64,000 nucleotides of DNA from NCBI GenBank assembly GCA_965248055.1, contig CBDFIJ010000004.1, forward strand, positions 480,001 through 544,000, in the 5' to 3' direction. Shown here one piece after another: positions 10,409 through 20,636 of this stretch; the stretch's first letter is position 1; each line of letters opens with the position of its first letter. The notes below the pieces were generated by a model, which saw only the letters and a list, made by a program, of their open reading frames with translations, was not told the origin of the DNA and searched no databases. The DNA comes from Candidatus Multivoradales bacterium (GTDB taxonomy: Bacteria; Acidobacteriota; Thermoanaerobaculia; Multivoradales; JAHEKO01). Position numbers and translations under genes: made by a program.

Positions 10409-10894
10409 CTAATTTCCCTTACTCGCCAATTCGTCGAGCACGTAATCGGGAACCAGTCCATCCATCTTGCCACCCAGGAAATAAACCTCCTTGACCAACC
10501 GACTCGAAAGGTAGCTGAACTCTTCGCTCGGGGTCATGAAGAAGGTCTCGATCTCTCGATTCAAACGGCGGTTCATCAGGGCCATTTGTAGCTCGTACTC
10601 AAAATCGGTAATCGCTCGTAAACCTCGAATCACGATTTGCGCCTTCTTCTTCGAGACAAAATCGACCAGGAGGCCGGAAAACGACTCGGCACGGCAGCCC
10701 GGTAAGTCGTCCGTCAGTCGTTGCAACATGGCCACCCTCTCGGCGACCGAAAACAGAGCCTTCTTTTCTTGGTTCTCCAGCACGCCGATAATCAGCTCAT
10801 CAAACAGCGGAGCTGCGCGGTGGATCAAATCCAAATGTCCGTTGTGTACCGGGTCGAAGGAACCCGGGTACACGGCGATGCGTTTTTCACTCAT
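10409..10894 (-). CDS. coaD: pantetheine-phosphate adenylyltransferase
   Basis: YPGSFDPVHNGH, IRGLRA, DFEYE, SSRLVKE. Confidence 0.97.
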   Translation of the reverse strand: MSEKRIAVYPGSFDPVHNGHLDLIHRAAPLFDELIIGVLENQEKKALFSVAERVAMLQRLTDDLPGCRAESFSGLLVDFVSKKKAQIVIRGLRAITDFEYELQMALMNRRLNREIETFFMTPSEEFSYLSSRLVKEVYFLGGKMDGLVPDYVLDELASKGN

Positions 10895-10924
10895 GATTCA
10901 GCTTTATTGCGTGCTCCGAATGGA

Positions 10925-13033
10925 TCAACCAACCGGTAGAGAAAGTACCACTCGATTGAAAGACCAGTCGGTCAAGCGGATGATGACAAATTCTGCGCTT
11001 TCCCCCAAGTCTACGATCAACTGCTCGCTGCGTTCGTCCACCGCGCCGTCGGCAACTTTGGCTGCCTCCCAGGCTTCCCCGTCGCGACTAATTTCGATAC
11101 TACGCAACGCGCTACTGGCGTCTTTGATCTCGACCTCAAGTTGGCCTTCTCGCCGAGAAATCTCACCAAGCTCCGGTGGCGTCTGATCCAAGATCACCAG
11201 CGGGCTAATGCGACTGCGCTCCAGCTTCTCCTCGGAGGAGTTGCTGGCACTGTCGTCCGCGGTCACCCGGAAGCGGTAGGGGCCGTCGGGCAACACCGTC
11301 GCGTCGATGGTCAAGAACGTCGCGTCGAGATCTTCAGCCATGATCATCCAGTCGCCCGCTTCCGGTTGTATCTCGACCCGGTACGCCAACGGGTCTTTGT
11401 TGTCATCCTCGGCCTTCCAGCGCAGAGTACGGGCACCTGCCTTCCACAACTTCTTGGTCCGTTGTCCGTCTTTTTCGGTCACCGGCTGCAAGGTGGTGAA
11501 TATCCCGTCCTGGGTCGGCCGGGTCGGTTCAAACACCTGCTGTCCAGGATTGAACGATGCATCAACCAAGACCTCACCAGCCGCCAAGACCTCCAGCTCG
11601 GTAATCCGGGGCGCAACGTTGGCTTGTCGATATGCCAGTTCAACGCGATGGACCTTAGCGTTGTCGTGCAAGCGGGCGCGCCATTGGAGAAACCGCCCAG
11701 CATCCATTTCGGTGAAATCAACCGAGTTACCCATGCGCCATGCACTCCAACTTGGCCAGCCATCGTCCGGGGTGCCGGTCTGGCCGCTGCGCACCGAAAA
11801 CTCCACCTCTCCTTCGCCGGACCAAGTCAGCGCTCCGACCCGACTGTTGAGTTCGGCGTCGAAAACAGCACTCTCAAAAGTTCCCTGCTGTGCGCGCCGA
11901 TCGCCTACCGTCATCACCGCACCACCATTGCTGGAAACGATCGCCAAGTGGTCCGCAGCCGGGATCAGAGATACCGCCTGCTTGTCCTCAAGATCGTGCT
12001 CCAGAAATCGAGCTCCAGATTCATCGATGCGATAGACCTTGCCGTCTTGACCGGTGGCGACCCAGAGCTGGCCAGAAAAAACCGCCAAGTCGTAGGCAGT
12101 CTCGCCACCCCAAGCATCGAATTTCTCGACCACGCCCCCGGCGCAGGCGAAACGTACAATCGCGGTCTGTGCCGCCGAGCCATTGCCGTTGGCCGCCACT
12201 GCGGATACCGTCACAGTGGCCTCCTCTGAAGAAGAGGTGGCGTCAACCGTTTGCTTGGCCGCAGCAACCCAACTGGCTTGGGAACTCACGGTTGCGGCAT
12301 AGCAAGTGCCAGATCCGTCTGAGGTTAGAGCCGTTACTTCGGGAGCGTCGCTAACGTACAAAACCTGCGCCCGACCCTCGACAATCCGCACCACCTTGCC
12401 AGCGCCTTCGGTGCCCGCCAACAGGCTGCCGTCCGCCAACGAATGGAGCGAACGGACGTGGGTGTCGATCTCACCAACTAGGTCTTCAACCAAGCCGTCC
12501 TTGTGCACCTTGAGCACCCTTCCCTGAGCGCCGGTAGCGACATAAACACCATCCTCGAATGGTTCCAGAGCCCAGACATAGAGATCGTCAGTCTCATGCA
12601 CTGCGTAGCTGACCCACTCCGGGTCTTGCCACCGATAGAGGTGTCCCGAGGGAGATCCCGCGGCCCAAATGGTTCCATCCTTGGCTACTGCCACCGCAAA
12701 GACGTGCTCTTCGGCAAGCGCGGGCAGCGCCTGGGTATCGCCGTCTTTGTCCACCACCACAACCACCCCTTCCGACCCAGTTCCCAGAACCCAACCGTTC
12801 TCAGTCTTAGCAGCGGAGTAGACGTAGGGTTGTTCAACCGCAGCCACCGCGGTCAGTTCCGAGCCCAGGGTCAGTTCATCCCACTCCCCAACCGACACCG
12901 CGTTGGCAGTGCCCTGGGCAAAGGCCGCCTTGGAATCGGTGCGAAAAAAACGAACTTCAGCGGCCGACGAAACGGTCGGCTCCAAGGCGAACAAAATCAG
13001 CACGGCAACCCACCGCGTAGCACTCCAAGTCAT
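10925..13033 (-). CDS. secreted beta-propeller protein with C-terminal FN3/Ig-like domains, function unknown
   Basis: signal peptide; repeated V-x-x-L-x-x-x-x-DG/GT propeller blades; LPDGPYRFRVTA; ATGA overlap with the S55 gene. Confidence 0.7.
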   Translation of the reverse strand: MTWSATRWVAVLILFALEPTVSSAAEVRFFRTDSKAAFAQGTANAVSVGEWDELTLGSELTAVAAVEQPYVYSAAKTENGWVLGTGSEGVVVVVDKDGDTQALPALAEEHVFAVAVAKDGTIWAAGSPSGHLYRWQDPEWVSYAVHETDDLYVWALEPFEDGVYVATGAQGRVLKVHKDGLVEDLVGEIDTHVRSLHSLADGSLLAGTEGAGKVVRIVEGRAQVLYVSDAPEVTALTSDGSGTCYAATVSSQASWVAAAKQTVDATSSSEEATVTVSAVAANGNGSAAQTAIVRFACAGGVVEKFDAWGGETAYDLAVFSGQLWVATGQDGKVYRIDESGARFLEHDLEDKQAVSLIPAADHLAIVSSNGGAVMTVGDRRAQQGTFESAVFDAELNSRVGALTWSGEGEVEFSVRSGQTGTPDDGWPSWSAWRMGNSVDFTEMDAGRFLQWRARLHDNAKVHRVELAYRQANVAPRITELEVLAAGEVLVDASFNPGQQVFEPTRPTQDGIFTTLQPVTEKDGQRTKKLWKAGARTLRWKAEDDNKDPLAYRVEIQPEAGDWMIMAEDLDATFLTIDATVLPDGPYRFRVTADDSASNSSEEKLERSRISPLVILDQTPPELGEISRREGQLEVEIKDASSALRSIEISRDGEAWEAAKVADGAVDERSEQLIVDLGESAEFVIIRLTDWSFNRVVLSLPVG

Positions 13034-14868
13034 CGTGTACTCCCGTTATCCGCTACCACTTCAAGATCGATTCTGACCACTCCGTTGAGCGGCTGATCGA
13101 AGTTCTCTTCCAACAGCGACTCGATGCGCCACGGCACCGGCTTGGTGGTGCGCCCAGAGTGCAAGACCTCGGCGACCGAAGCCGGCAGTCCCGGCAATGC
13201 GACACCACCCACCGACAGTCCCCGGGTAGCTCGCAGGCCGGAAACCGCAAACGTGCGCGACGAGCGTAGATTGCGCAACAGGCGCAGAGCTTGTTCAAAC
13301 GTCTGTGGCGTCGCCCCAGTTACTGACCACTCGGCGAAATCGATCTCCCGCCCGTTGCCGATCAGCAAATGATAGGAACCTGGGCCAACGTCCCTCGGTA
13401 GCTGAATGGTAAAAGGTAGCTCACGGTCCTGCTGTCGATAGCCGCGCAGCCGCATCCGACCCGTAATTGACTCCCCCGCATGGACGGTCGAGCGATCCAC
13501 CGAGGCTTCGACCACCTCCAAACTCATCGGCCTGGGGTGCTGGGTAACCTCAAGCTCGATCGCTTTGACCTCGACATCGGCCCACGGGTTGTTGTGCAAC
13601 AGGTCGACGTACTGAATCAATTGCAACGCGCCCTGTAGTCCAGCCGAGGCGCCGTCGTAGGTAGAGTCCAATACCAAGTCGCCGTAGCCCCCCAAGTCAA
13701 ACCGGGCGACTAAGTCCAATCCGTAGGTACCCGCCTGATGGCCGGACGCGCCGATGGTCTCAAACACTCCAAGTCCCACCAACAAGGGCAACATCTCCGG
13801 GATCCGCGCCATGCGCATCGAATACGTCTCTAGACCCGAATCTGGATCCGAGTCTGGGTCCGCCAAGGACCGGTGCCGGATCGACACCGGAATCATTGCT
13901 GCCAGCTCGCCAATCTGCCCACCAACCCCAGTCGAGCGATCAGAATCAAACCGTCCAACCGGTTCGCCAAAATTACTGACCTTGAACGAGCTCATACGAC
14001 TCGAAACAACGGTGACGATTTCTGCCGGAGCCATCGGCAGATCGGTGGGACCGTTGGCCAAGAAAGGATGACCAAACGCGAGCACCCGATCACCCTCAAC
14101 CTCGGTCACGGTTCCGGTCACCGACAGCTTCCAATCGCCGTCGACCAAGATCCCGGCGACCGCTGAACCGGGAGTCAAGGGGCGATCAACCTGGGCGCCG
14201 GGCGCCGGAGCTAGATCGGCGACCGGACCGGCAAACCAACTGCGGGCCAAACTCGACATTCCAGAGGCGGCAAGTTGCAGAGAAACCTGACCCGGCTGAA
14301 CCTGGCCCGGGTCAACCACTGTCGGCGTCAAGCGGCTCGCCCATTGGCGTAGGCGGTCCTCTGGATTGCTAAGGTCAAAGACTCCATCCCAAGCTACCAT
14401 CGGACGGCGTGAAGCCTCGGAGTTGGGAGCCAGAAGTTGCTGGCGCATACTCCCGATCGGCGTAATGCCACCGATCGCTTCGTGAGCGAACGGCCAAGCG
14501 AACGCCACCGCGCCGATCAGCTCCCCGTCGACGTATACCGGACTACCACTCATGCCGGCGATCACTCCAGTTTTTTCCAGACCAGCACCAGACAGCTTGG
14601 CCAAGATGTAGTCGTCACCGACTGTAACCCCCGCCATGTTGCCGAGTATCTCCACTTCGAAACGCTCCGGTTCCTGACCGCGAAACACGGACAGACCGTA
14701 GCCGAGAACCGGCTCTACCTCGACCGGCCGACTAAGTTCTAGCGACTCGCCTGTTGACTCTTGGGCGGCCAATTGCGATCCGATCAGGGAGACAACTGCG
14801 GCTAGCGCCAGCATAAAGTGCGTGCACAATCCTTTGTGCATTCCGTTTGAGTTCAAGTACCACCGCAT
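13030..14868 (-). CDS. SpoIVB-like peptidase S55
   Basis: GVIAGMSGSPVYVDGELIGAV, GGITPI, LAFGHPF; start uncertain (14868 or ~14815). Confidence 0.85.
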   Translation of the reverse strand: MRWYLNSNGMHKGLCTHFMLALAAVVSLIGSQLAAQESTGESLELSRPVEVEPVLGYGLSVFRGQEPERFEVEILGNMAGVTVGDDYILAKLSGAGLEKTGVIAGMSGSPVYVDGELIGAVAFAWPFAHEAIGGITPIGSMRQQLLAPNSEASRRPMVAWDGVFDLSNPEDRLRQWASRLTPTVVDPGQVQPGQVSLQLAASGMSSLARSWFAGPVADLAPAPGAQVDRPLTPGSAVAGILVDGDWKLSVTGTVTEVEGDRVLAFGHPFLANGPTDLPMAPAEIVTVVSSRMSSFKVSNFGEPVGRFDSDRSTGVGGQIGELAAMIPVSIRHRSLADPDSDPDSGLETYSMRMARIPEMLPLLVGLGVFETIGASGHQAGTYGLDLVARFDLGGYGDLVLDSTYDGASAGLQGALQLIQYVDLLHNNPWADVEVKAIELEVTQHPRPMSLEVVEASVDRSTVHAGESITGRMRLRGYRQQDRELPFTIQLPRDVGPGSYHLLIGNGREIDFAEWSVTGATPQTFEQALRLLRNLRSSRTFAVSGLRATRGLSVGGVALPGLPASVAEVLHSGRTTKPVPWRIESLLEENFDQPLNGVVRIDLEVVADNGSTR

Positions 14869-14874
14869 CCTTGT

Positions 14875-15618
14875 CTATTCATCCGCAGAGTTTTCCACAA
14901 AGCCTGTGGATAGCCTGCCGAGTGCCGACAGTATGTCTTGCTCGCTCAGGGCGCCAGGTCTGACGATTGAAACCCGCTCGCCGGAGACCCGCACTAGGGT
15001 AGAAGGCGGACCACCAGTGAGCTCACCGACGTCAACCAACAGCCCTTCGACTCCGGAACCCTCGAACAGTTCGAACAGCGAACTCGGGGCGACCGCCGGA
15101 GGTTGACCGGCTCGGTTGGCTGAAGTCGCGGTCAGCGGTCCGGTCTCTTCTAACAACTCCAGCAATGGCGTGTAGGCTGGCACGCGAACCGCCAAGGTAT
15201 GACCTTCGCTGCCGCCAGCGGCGACCGGATGCTCGGTATCCAATATCAGGGATAACGGTGCTGGCCATAAATTCGTTAACGCTCTTTCCAGTCCGCGATG
15301 CAGGACCACTCCTTTCGGAAGCTGATAGACCGATGCAGCGACCACCGGTAGTCCCTTGGTCGAAGGTCGGCCCTTGAGCGCAAATACGTTGGCCACCGCT
15401 TCAAGGTTCCCTGGGGCCACGCCAAGTCCGTAGCTCGACTCGGTGGGAATAACGAGCACTCCCCCTCGCGCGAGCAGGTCCTGGATCCGCTCTATGTCGT
15501 CGTCTAGCCGCCAGCGCTGGAGACTTTCGTGCTCCAGGCGCTTGAGTTCGAGGCACTGAGCCACAAGGTCCGGATCATCGAGGGCACTCCCTTCGAGGCC
15601 GATACGTTCGGCGCTCAC
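14875..15618 (-). CDS. tsaC: L-threonylcarbamoyladenylate synthase (TsaC/Sua5 N-domain)
   Basis: PTESSYGL, LKGRP, AVRVP, PLTATSANRAG, GPPSTLV. Confidence 0.88.
   Translation of the reverse strand: MSAERIGLEGSALDDPDLVAQCLELKRLEHESLQRWRLDDDIERIQDLLARGGVLVIPTESSYGLGVAPGNLEAVANVFALKGRPSTKGLPVVAASVYQLPKGVVLHRGLERALTNLWPAPLSLILDTEHPVAAGGSEGHTLAVRVPAYTPLLELLEETGPLTATSANRAGQPPAVAPSSLFELFEGSGVEGLLVDVGELTGGPPSTLVRVSGERVSIVRPGALSEQDILSALGRLSTGFVENSADE
14891..14913. promoter_or_regulatory. pair of inverted DnaA-box-like 9-mers
   Basis: TTTTCCACA-AAGCC-TGTGGATAG, each one mismatch from TTATCCACA. Confidence 0.5.
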
Positions 15619-17321
15619 TGAGCCGCCTGTCGCAAGAGATCAGCAGCATGGGATCGCGAAATTTCGGTGACGTCGCGACCGGCGAGCATCCGAGCGATCT
15701 CTTCGACTCGCTGCTCAGACGATAAGTTGGTCACCTGAATCGTCGTTCGTTGGCCGCTGGATTTCTCAACCAACAGGTGAGCATGTCCAGCGCTCGCCAC
15801 TTGCGGCAAATGGGTTACCGCCAAGATCTGGCCACTCTCAGCGAGACGACGTAACTTGATTCCCAGAGCTTCGGCCTGAGCTCCACCGACCCCGGCGTCA
15901 ACTTCGTCAAAAACCAGAACCACCGGATCCGAGCAACCCCCCGGTTGTGCCACCAACTGCAGCGCCAGATAGATCCGAGACAACTCACCACCGGAAGCGA
16001 TTTTGGCGAGCGGCCCAGGAGGCTCGCCGGGGTTCGCCGAGAGCATCAAGATCACCCGATCGGTACCCTCCCGCGTCACCGCCAGTTGACCGTCAGCTAG
16101 GTCGACCAGCCCATCGGTGCGCGGCTCGAGGGCGACCGAGAGCTGCGCGTCGGCCATCGCCAGGTCGACCAGTTCCGTTTGCACCGCACCGGCCAACCCA
16201 GCGCCAGCCTTCTGGCGAGCGGCGCTCAGTCGCGACGCGGTAACTCGATACTCCCCCACAAGCTGGCCACGCTGTTTTTCCAATTGCTCGCGACTCTCCG
16301 AGCCACCCAGAATCATCTCCAGTTCTGCCGCGGCACGCCTTCCAGTCTCTATCACTTGGTCGCTACCGGAACCGTACTTGGCAAACAGCCGTTCCAGGTC
16401 CGCCAGCCGAGTTTCGACACGGTCCAGTTCGCCAGGATCTGACTCGATGACGGTCAGTTGTTCAGCCGCCGCCCGACCGACCTCTTCGACCCGGACTCGA
16501 GCGTCTTCCAGGTCTTCTATCCAAGCATTGACCGCTGGAACCAGATCGGCAATGCCTCCAAGGTCTCCGCGCGCAGCAGCAATCCGCGCACCGGCGGCAT
16601 GATCGGACTCGTAGAGACCCTCGGCGGCGTTCGCCAGCGCGTTGCGAATGCGGTCCTGATGACGCAACACTTCACGCCGCTCTTGCAGGGCCCTCTCTTC
16701 TCCCGCTGCGATCGCCGCCGACTCGATCTCGCGCACTTGAAAGCGCAACAGGTCGATGCGCTCCAAGCGTGACCTTTCGTCCGCCAGCAAACTCTGCAAC
16801 TTGCGGTCGCAGTCTTGGAATCTTTGAAAGGCATTCCGGGTGGCCTCGGCGATCTTTGCCAGCTTGGCCCCGCCAAAGGAATCAACCCAGTGGCGCTGCA
16901 TCTCGGATTCAGCCAGCTCCAACTCTTCCCGTTGGGTGTGCACCCGAATCATCAGCGGCGCGATCTGACTTAACAGCCGCAGAGTCACCGCGATGTCGTT
17001 GATATAGACCCGATTACGCCCCTCGCGACTGACTTCACGCCGCACCACTGTCTCGTCGGTAATCTCGATTCCACTATCCAGCAGCAGGGCTGCAAACTGC
17101 GGACTACTTGGAGTATCGAAAATTCCGCTGACCGTCATCGACGGCGCCCCAGTGCGAATCATGTCGCTGGTCGCTCGAGCTCCCGAAAGGACCATCAGCG
17201 AGTCGACGACGATCGACTTGCCAGCACCGGTCTCTCCGGTGACCACGCTCAGCCCCTGAGCCAAGGAAATCTCGACCGACTCGATGAGCGCCAAGTTACG
17301 AACCTGCAGTTCTCTCAACAT
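15615..17321 (-). CDS. recN: DNA repair protein RecN
   Basis: TGETGAGKS, ASGGELSR, FDEVDAGVGG, VTHLPQVA, EEIARMLAG. Confidence 0.97.
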   Translation of the reverse strand: MLRELQVRNLALIESVEISLAQGLSVVTGETGAGKSIVVDSLMVLSGARATSDMIRTGAPSMTVSGIFDTPSSPQFAALLLDSGIEITDETVVRREVSREGRNRVYINDIAVTLRLLSQIAPLMIRVHTQREELELAESEMQRHWVDSFGGAKLAKIAEATRNAFQRFQDCDRKLQSLLADERSRLERIDLLRFQVREIESAAIAAGEERALQERREVLRHQDRIRNALANAAEGLYESDHAAGARIAAARGDLGGIADLVPAVNAWIEDLEDARVRVEEVGRAAAEQLTVIESDPGELDRVETRLADLERLFAKYGSGSDQVIETGRRAAAELEMILGGSESREQLEKQRGQLVGEYRVTASRLSAARQKAGAGLAGAVQTELVDLAMADAQLSVALEPRTDGLVDLADGQLAVTREGTDRVILMLSANPGEPPGPLAKIASGGELSRIYLALQLVAQPGGCSDPVVLVFDEVDAGVGGAQAEALGIKLRRLAESGQILAVTHLPQVASAGHAHLLVEKSSGQRTTIQVTNLSSEQRVEEIARMLAGRDVTEISRSHAADLLRQAAQ

Positions 17322-17363
17322 CAGTCAGGATCGTCGTGCAATTTCTTGGCCCGAGAAAAGAAT

Positions 17364-18323
17364 CTAGAAGTCACCGGTGATCGTCGCCCGAGCGCGACCG
17401 CTTCTCTCGGACTGGTAGAGCGCCTCGTCGGCGGCGGCGTAGAGGCCTTCGGCTTGCCCTTGCCCAGCAGCCACTACTGCACCACCGATCGAACACTGGG
17501 CGGTCACCGTTCCCTTCGGACTCTCCACCTTGACTGCGGCAACTTGTTCACGCACCCGCTCGGCCACCAATTCAAGATCTTCGACCGAAGCCTCCGGGAT
17601 CAAGATCGCAAACTCATCACCGCCGATTCTGGCCAGTGTCTGTTCTCCGCGGTTGATCTCTTGCAAGCCCGCAGCAACTCCTTTCAGCACTTGGTCGGCG
17701 ATCGGATGCCCGTAGTGATCATTGATCTGTTTGGACTGGTCAACATCGATGATCATCAACCCAAGGGAACGCTCGCGGCGACCTGCGCGGGCAAACTCTC
17801 GGTCCAATTCCTCTTCAAAGCGCCTGCGGTTGGCCACTCCGGTGAGCGGATCGGTCACTGCCAACGAGTACATCATCTGGTGATAGGAACCCTCAACATC
17901 TGCCTCAACGATGAGCTTCAGATGGACACTCCCTACTTGGAGGCGATCCTCCGAAGATAACCATTCAGGGGCTTTCAGCCCCTCGCCGTTGAGGTAGGTG
18001 CCGTTGGTCGAGCCCAGGTCTTGAACTTGATAGGTGCCATCATTGCGTTCAGTCCGGGCAGGTCTACGAGACACCGCCGAGGCCCCGGTGATCGGCACGT
18101 CAGACAACGGCAACCGACCGATGTCAACACCGCCAGTGCGCCGTAAACGCCAATGCTCGCCCACCTCATTGGCGTCTGGATGACCTAGGAGCACTAACGC
18201 CGCCTGTTGAATCTCCAATTGATCGGGTTGCATCACCGACATCTCTTGGGTCATCTGCCCAGACTGGTGGACCCTGGTTTCGGTCCTATCGGACTTTGGT
18301 TGATCTTCAGAGTGATCAGTCAT
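17364..18323 (-). CDS. FHA + GGDEF diguanylate cyclase-like protein
   Basis: IGR...VSR...DLGSTNGTYLNG FHA; DPLTGVANRR, ARIGGDEF. Confidence 0.88.
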   Translation of the reverse strand: MTDHSEDQPKSDRTETRVHQSGQMTQEMSVMQPDQLEIQQAALVLLGHPDANEVGEHWRLRRTGGVDIGRLPLSDVPITGASAVSRRPARTERNDGTYQVQDLGSTNGTYLNGEGLKAPEWLSSEDRLQVGSVHLKLIVEADVEGSYHQMMYSLAVTDPLTGVANRRRFEEELDREFARAGRRERSLGLMIIDVDQSKQINDHYGHPIADQVLKGVAAGLQEINRGEQTLARIGGDEFAILIPEASVEDLELVAERVREQVAAVKVESPKGTVTAQCSIGGAVVAAGQGQAEGLYAAADEALYQSERSGRARATITGDF

Positions 18324-18350
18324 CGATGATGCCTAAAGCGAAGTCAAGTG

Positions 18351-19247
18351 CTATCTCAGACCCAGCAAGGCCTTGGTGACGTGCCCCGCCACTTCCGGAT
18401 TCTCCCTCATTCTGCGCAGAGAATAGGCGTACCAGTCAACCCCATAGGGAACGTAGACCCGCAAACGATGGCGCTGCAGCAAGATCGAACGTAACTCTTC
18501 GTCGACTCCCAGCAGCATCTGGAACTCATAGCGATCGCGAGGAGTCTGATGACGATCCAAAAGTGCAGTGGCACCGGCGGCAAGAAACTCATCGTGGGTA
18601 GCAATGCCGGTATAGACACCGTCTCTCAACAGCTTGTCCAAAGCGGCCAAATACGCTTGCTGCACCGTGTTGTAGCCCTTCCACGCGGTCTCCCGAGGCT
18701 CGACATAGATTCCCTTGCAGATGCGAATGTTGGCGTTTTCGCTCGGCAACCCAGTGATGTCGTCGAGCGTGCGCCGCATGTAGGCCTGAAGCACAGTACC
18801 AACATTGGGGTATCGGTCGTGCAACCGCCGGTAGAGATCCAAGGTGGCGTCGGTACAGCTGCGATCTTCCATGTCGATGCGTAGGAAGTTCCCATGTCTA
18901 GCCGCAGCATCGCCAATCTGGAGCAAATTATCCCAGCACAACTGGTGGTCAATCTTCAGTCCCAACATGGTCAACTTGACCGATACGTTAGCGTCTAAAC
19001 CCCGATCGGCAATGGCATCGAACAACTCGACGTACTCGTCCACCGCCGCTTGCGCTTTGGCCGGATCTTGAACCTCCTCGCCAAGCACGTCGAGGGTCGC
19101 CATCGCTCCTTGTTGGTTGAGCCTCCGCACGGTTTCCAGTGCGGTAGTGCGGGTCTCGCCGGCGAAATAGCGGCCGGCCACCTTGCGAACAAGGCTCCGC
19201 GGCACGCCGGGGAGCAGTGTGACGATCAGACGATTAAGCCAGGACAA
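18351..19247 (-). CDS. monofunctional proline dehydrogenase
   Basis: SVKLTMLG, RIDME, QAY, RICKGIY, IATHD, FQMLLG, RVYVPYG. Confidence 0.92.
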   Translation of the reverse strand: MSWLNRLIVTLLPGVPRSLVRKVAGRYFAGETRTTALETVRRLNQQGAMATLDVLGEEVQDPAKAQAAVDEYVELFDAIADRGLDANVSVKLTMLGLKIDHQLCWDNLLQIGDAAARHGNFLRIDMEDRSCTDATLDLYRRLHDRYPNVGTVLQAYMRRTLDDITGLPSENANIRICKGIYVEPRETAWKGYNTVQQAYLAALDKLLRDGVYTGIATHDEFLAAGATALLDRHQTPRDRYEFQMLLGVDEELRSILLQRHRLRVYVPYGVDWYAYSLRRMRENPEVAGHVTKALLGLR

Positions 19248-19271
19248 AGTTGGGTTCGAGCCGCTCAGGTT

Positions 19272-20636
19272 CTAGGCCGGAGACGGGCCTCCGTTCGAGG
19301 ATCCATTGCTGCCGTTGCCACTACCGTTGGCGGTCTCGCCATCACTGACCCAGCGCACCGAACGCGAACAGGGGCAGACCCCACCCACACGACGCAAGGA
19401 AGGCATCGCGTAGGCGGCTTGTTTGATCTCTAACTCACCATCAGCCACCTGATGCAACAGGCCGACGTAGAACTTGAAGTCTGAACCCGCCCGATAAGAA
19501 TCGGGCAGATGGTGCGACAGGTGCGCTACATAGTCTTCTGCTTGGGTGAATTTCTCGCCGTCGAATCCGACCATCTGAAAAGCCGGAACTCCTCGGCGGC
19601 GGAAAAACTCCTTTGCCGGCAGCCGCATCAGATCCTCCGGAGCGATCCCTTGAACCACTTCGCCCTCTTCGGTTACCCGACGCACTAGGTCCTCGGCCTC
19701 GGTCGCTGTCAGACTCTTGACCCGAGCCCGGACGAAGCGGACGTTTATGTCCTGCACTACCTTGCCGACTTCCTGGTAGTACTGCTCTTGAGCCTCACCA
19801 TTTTTCATCGGTTTGAGGCCGTACCGGACATTGGTGCCACCACCGCGTTCGTCGCCGAACATCTCCAAACCTCGGGGCAACCACTTGTTGACCACTTGCT
19901 GCATGTCCTGCATGGTGATGAATGGCGAGCCGTCGCCGGCTTGCTCTGCCCAACGGCGCATCGGCACTACTCCGGTGGCCAGATGAAACGCTTCTTCGCG
20001 CAGCATCTGCGGCATGCTCTCGGCCATCGGCTTGTAGGCACTGACCTTTTGCATCGCCAACTGATACTTACCGACACGGTCAATCAAACAACAGAAGGTG
20101 ATGTTGTCGACGAAGGAATCGAAGTCGACGTTGAAGGCACCGAGTACGTGGGATCCGGTCTTCATCGACAGGATCTCTTCCACCATGTCTTCACCCTTGA
20201 CGCCACCCACTTCGTCCCAGGTGTCTTCCAGCAGCAGATGCAGCATTTGGTAACCGTGTCGTAGCTCCTCAGCCATCATCCGCAGAACCCAAAACTGATC
20301 CTGCTCGTTTTGAGCTCGGGCAAGGGTCAATTGGTGTTGCTGAATCGAACCAAATTCGGTCGATGCCTGAGCTCGGATTGCTCCCAGTAGATGGTGCGCT
20401 TGCTCAGGATCCAACTCCTCGGCGGTCATCGCCTTAGGTTGGCCCATCTTCACTCCGCATTCCACTTCGTCGCACATGCCCATCTCCCGATAGGCGCACA
20501 ACTCAAAGGTGGGATCCTTGGGGAAAAAGCGATCCCAGTTTTCAATCAGCAGGTCATAGTCCGGCAAATAAGTTCGCCGCCATTTCTCCACCGCTGAATG
20601 GAACTTGGGCGCAATCGTGGTAATTCGACTATTCAT
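19272..20636 (-). CDS. ferritin-like diiron protein, BoxB/PaaA-like
   Basis: QASTEFGS, MAEELRHG, DRVGKYQL, MLREEAFH and KWLPRGLEMFG resemble the BoxB/PaaA diiron core. Confidence 0.7.
   Translation of the reverse strand: MNSRITTIAPKFHSAVEKWRRTYLPDYDLLIENWDRFFPKDPTFELCAYREMGMCDEVECGVKMGQPKAMTAEELDPEQAHHLLGAIRAQASTEFGSIQQHQLTLARAQNEQDQFWVLRMMAEELRHGYQMLHLLLEDTWDEVGGVKGEDMVEEILSMKTGSHVLGAFNVDFDSFVDNITFCCLIDRVGKYQLAMQKVSAYKPMAESMPQMLREEAFHLATGVVPMRRWAEQAGDGSPFITMQDMQQVVNKWLPRGLEMFGDERGGGTNVRYGLKPMKNGEAQEQYYQEVGKVVQDINVRFVRARVKSLTATEAEDLVRRVTEEGEVVQGIAPEDLMRLPAKEFFRRRGVPAFQMVGFDGEKFTQAEDYVAHLSHHLPDSYRAGSDFKFYVGLLHQVADGELEIKQAAYAMPSLRRVGGVCPCSRSVRWVSDGETANGSGNGSNGSSNGGPSPA

Noticed and set aside
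17322-17363. LexA box upstream of recN
   Set aside because: No recognisable SOS-box pattern in the short spacer.
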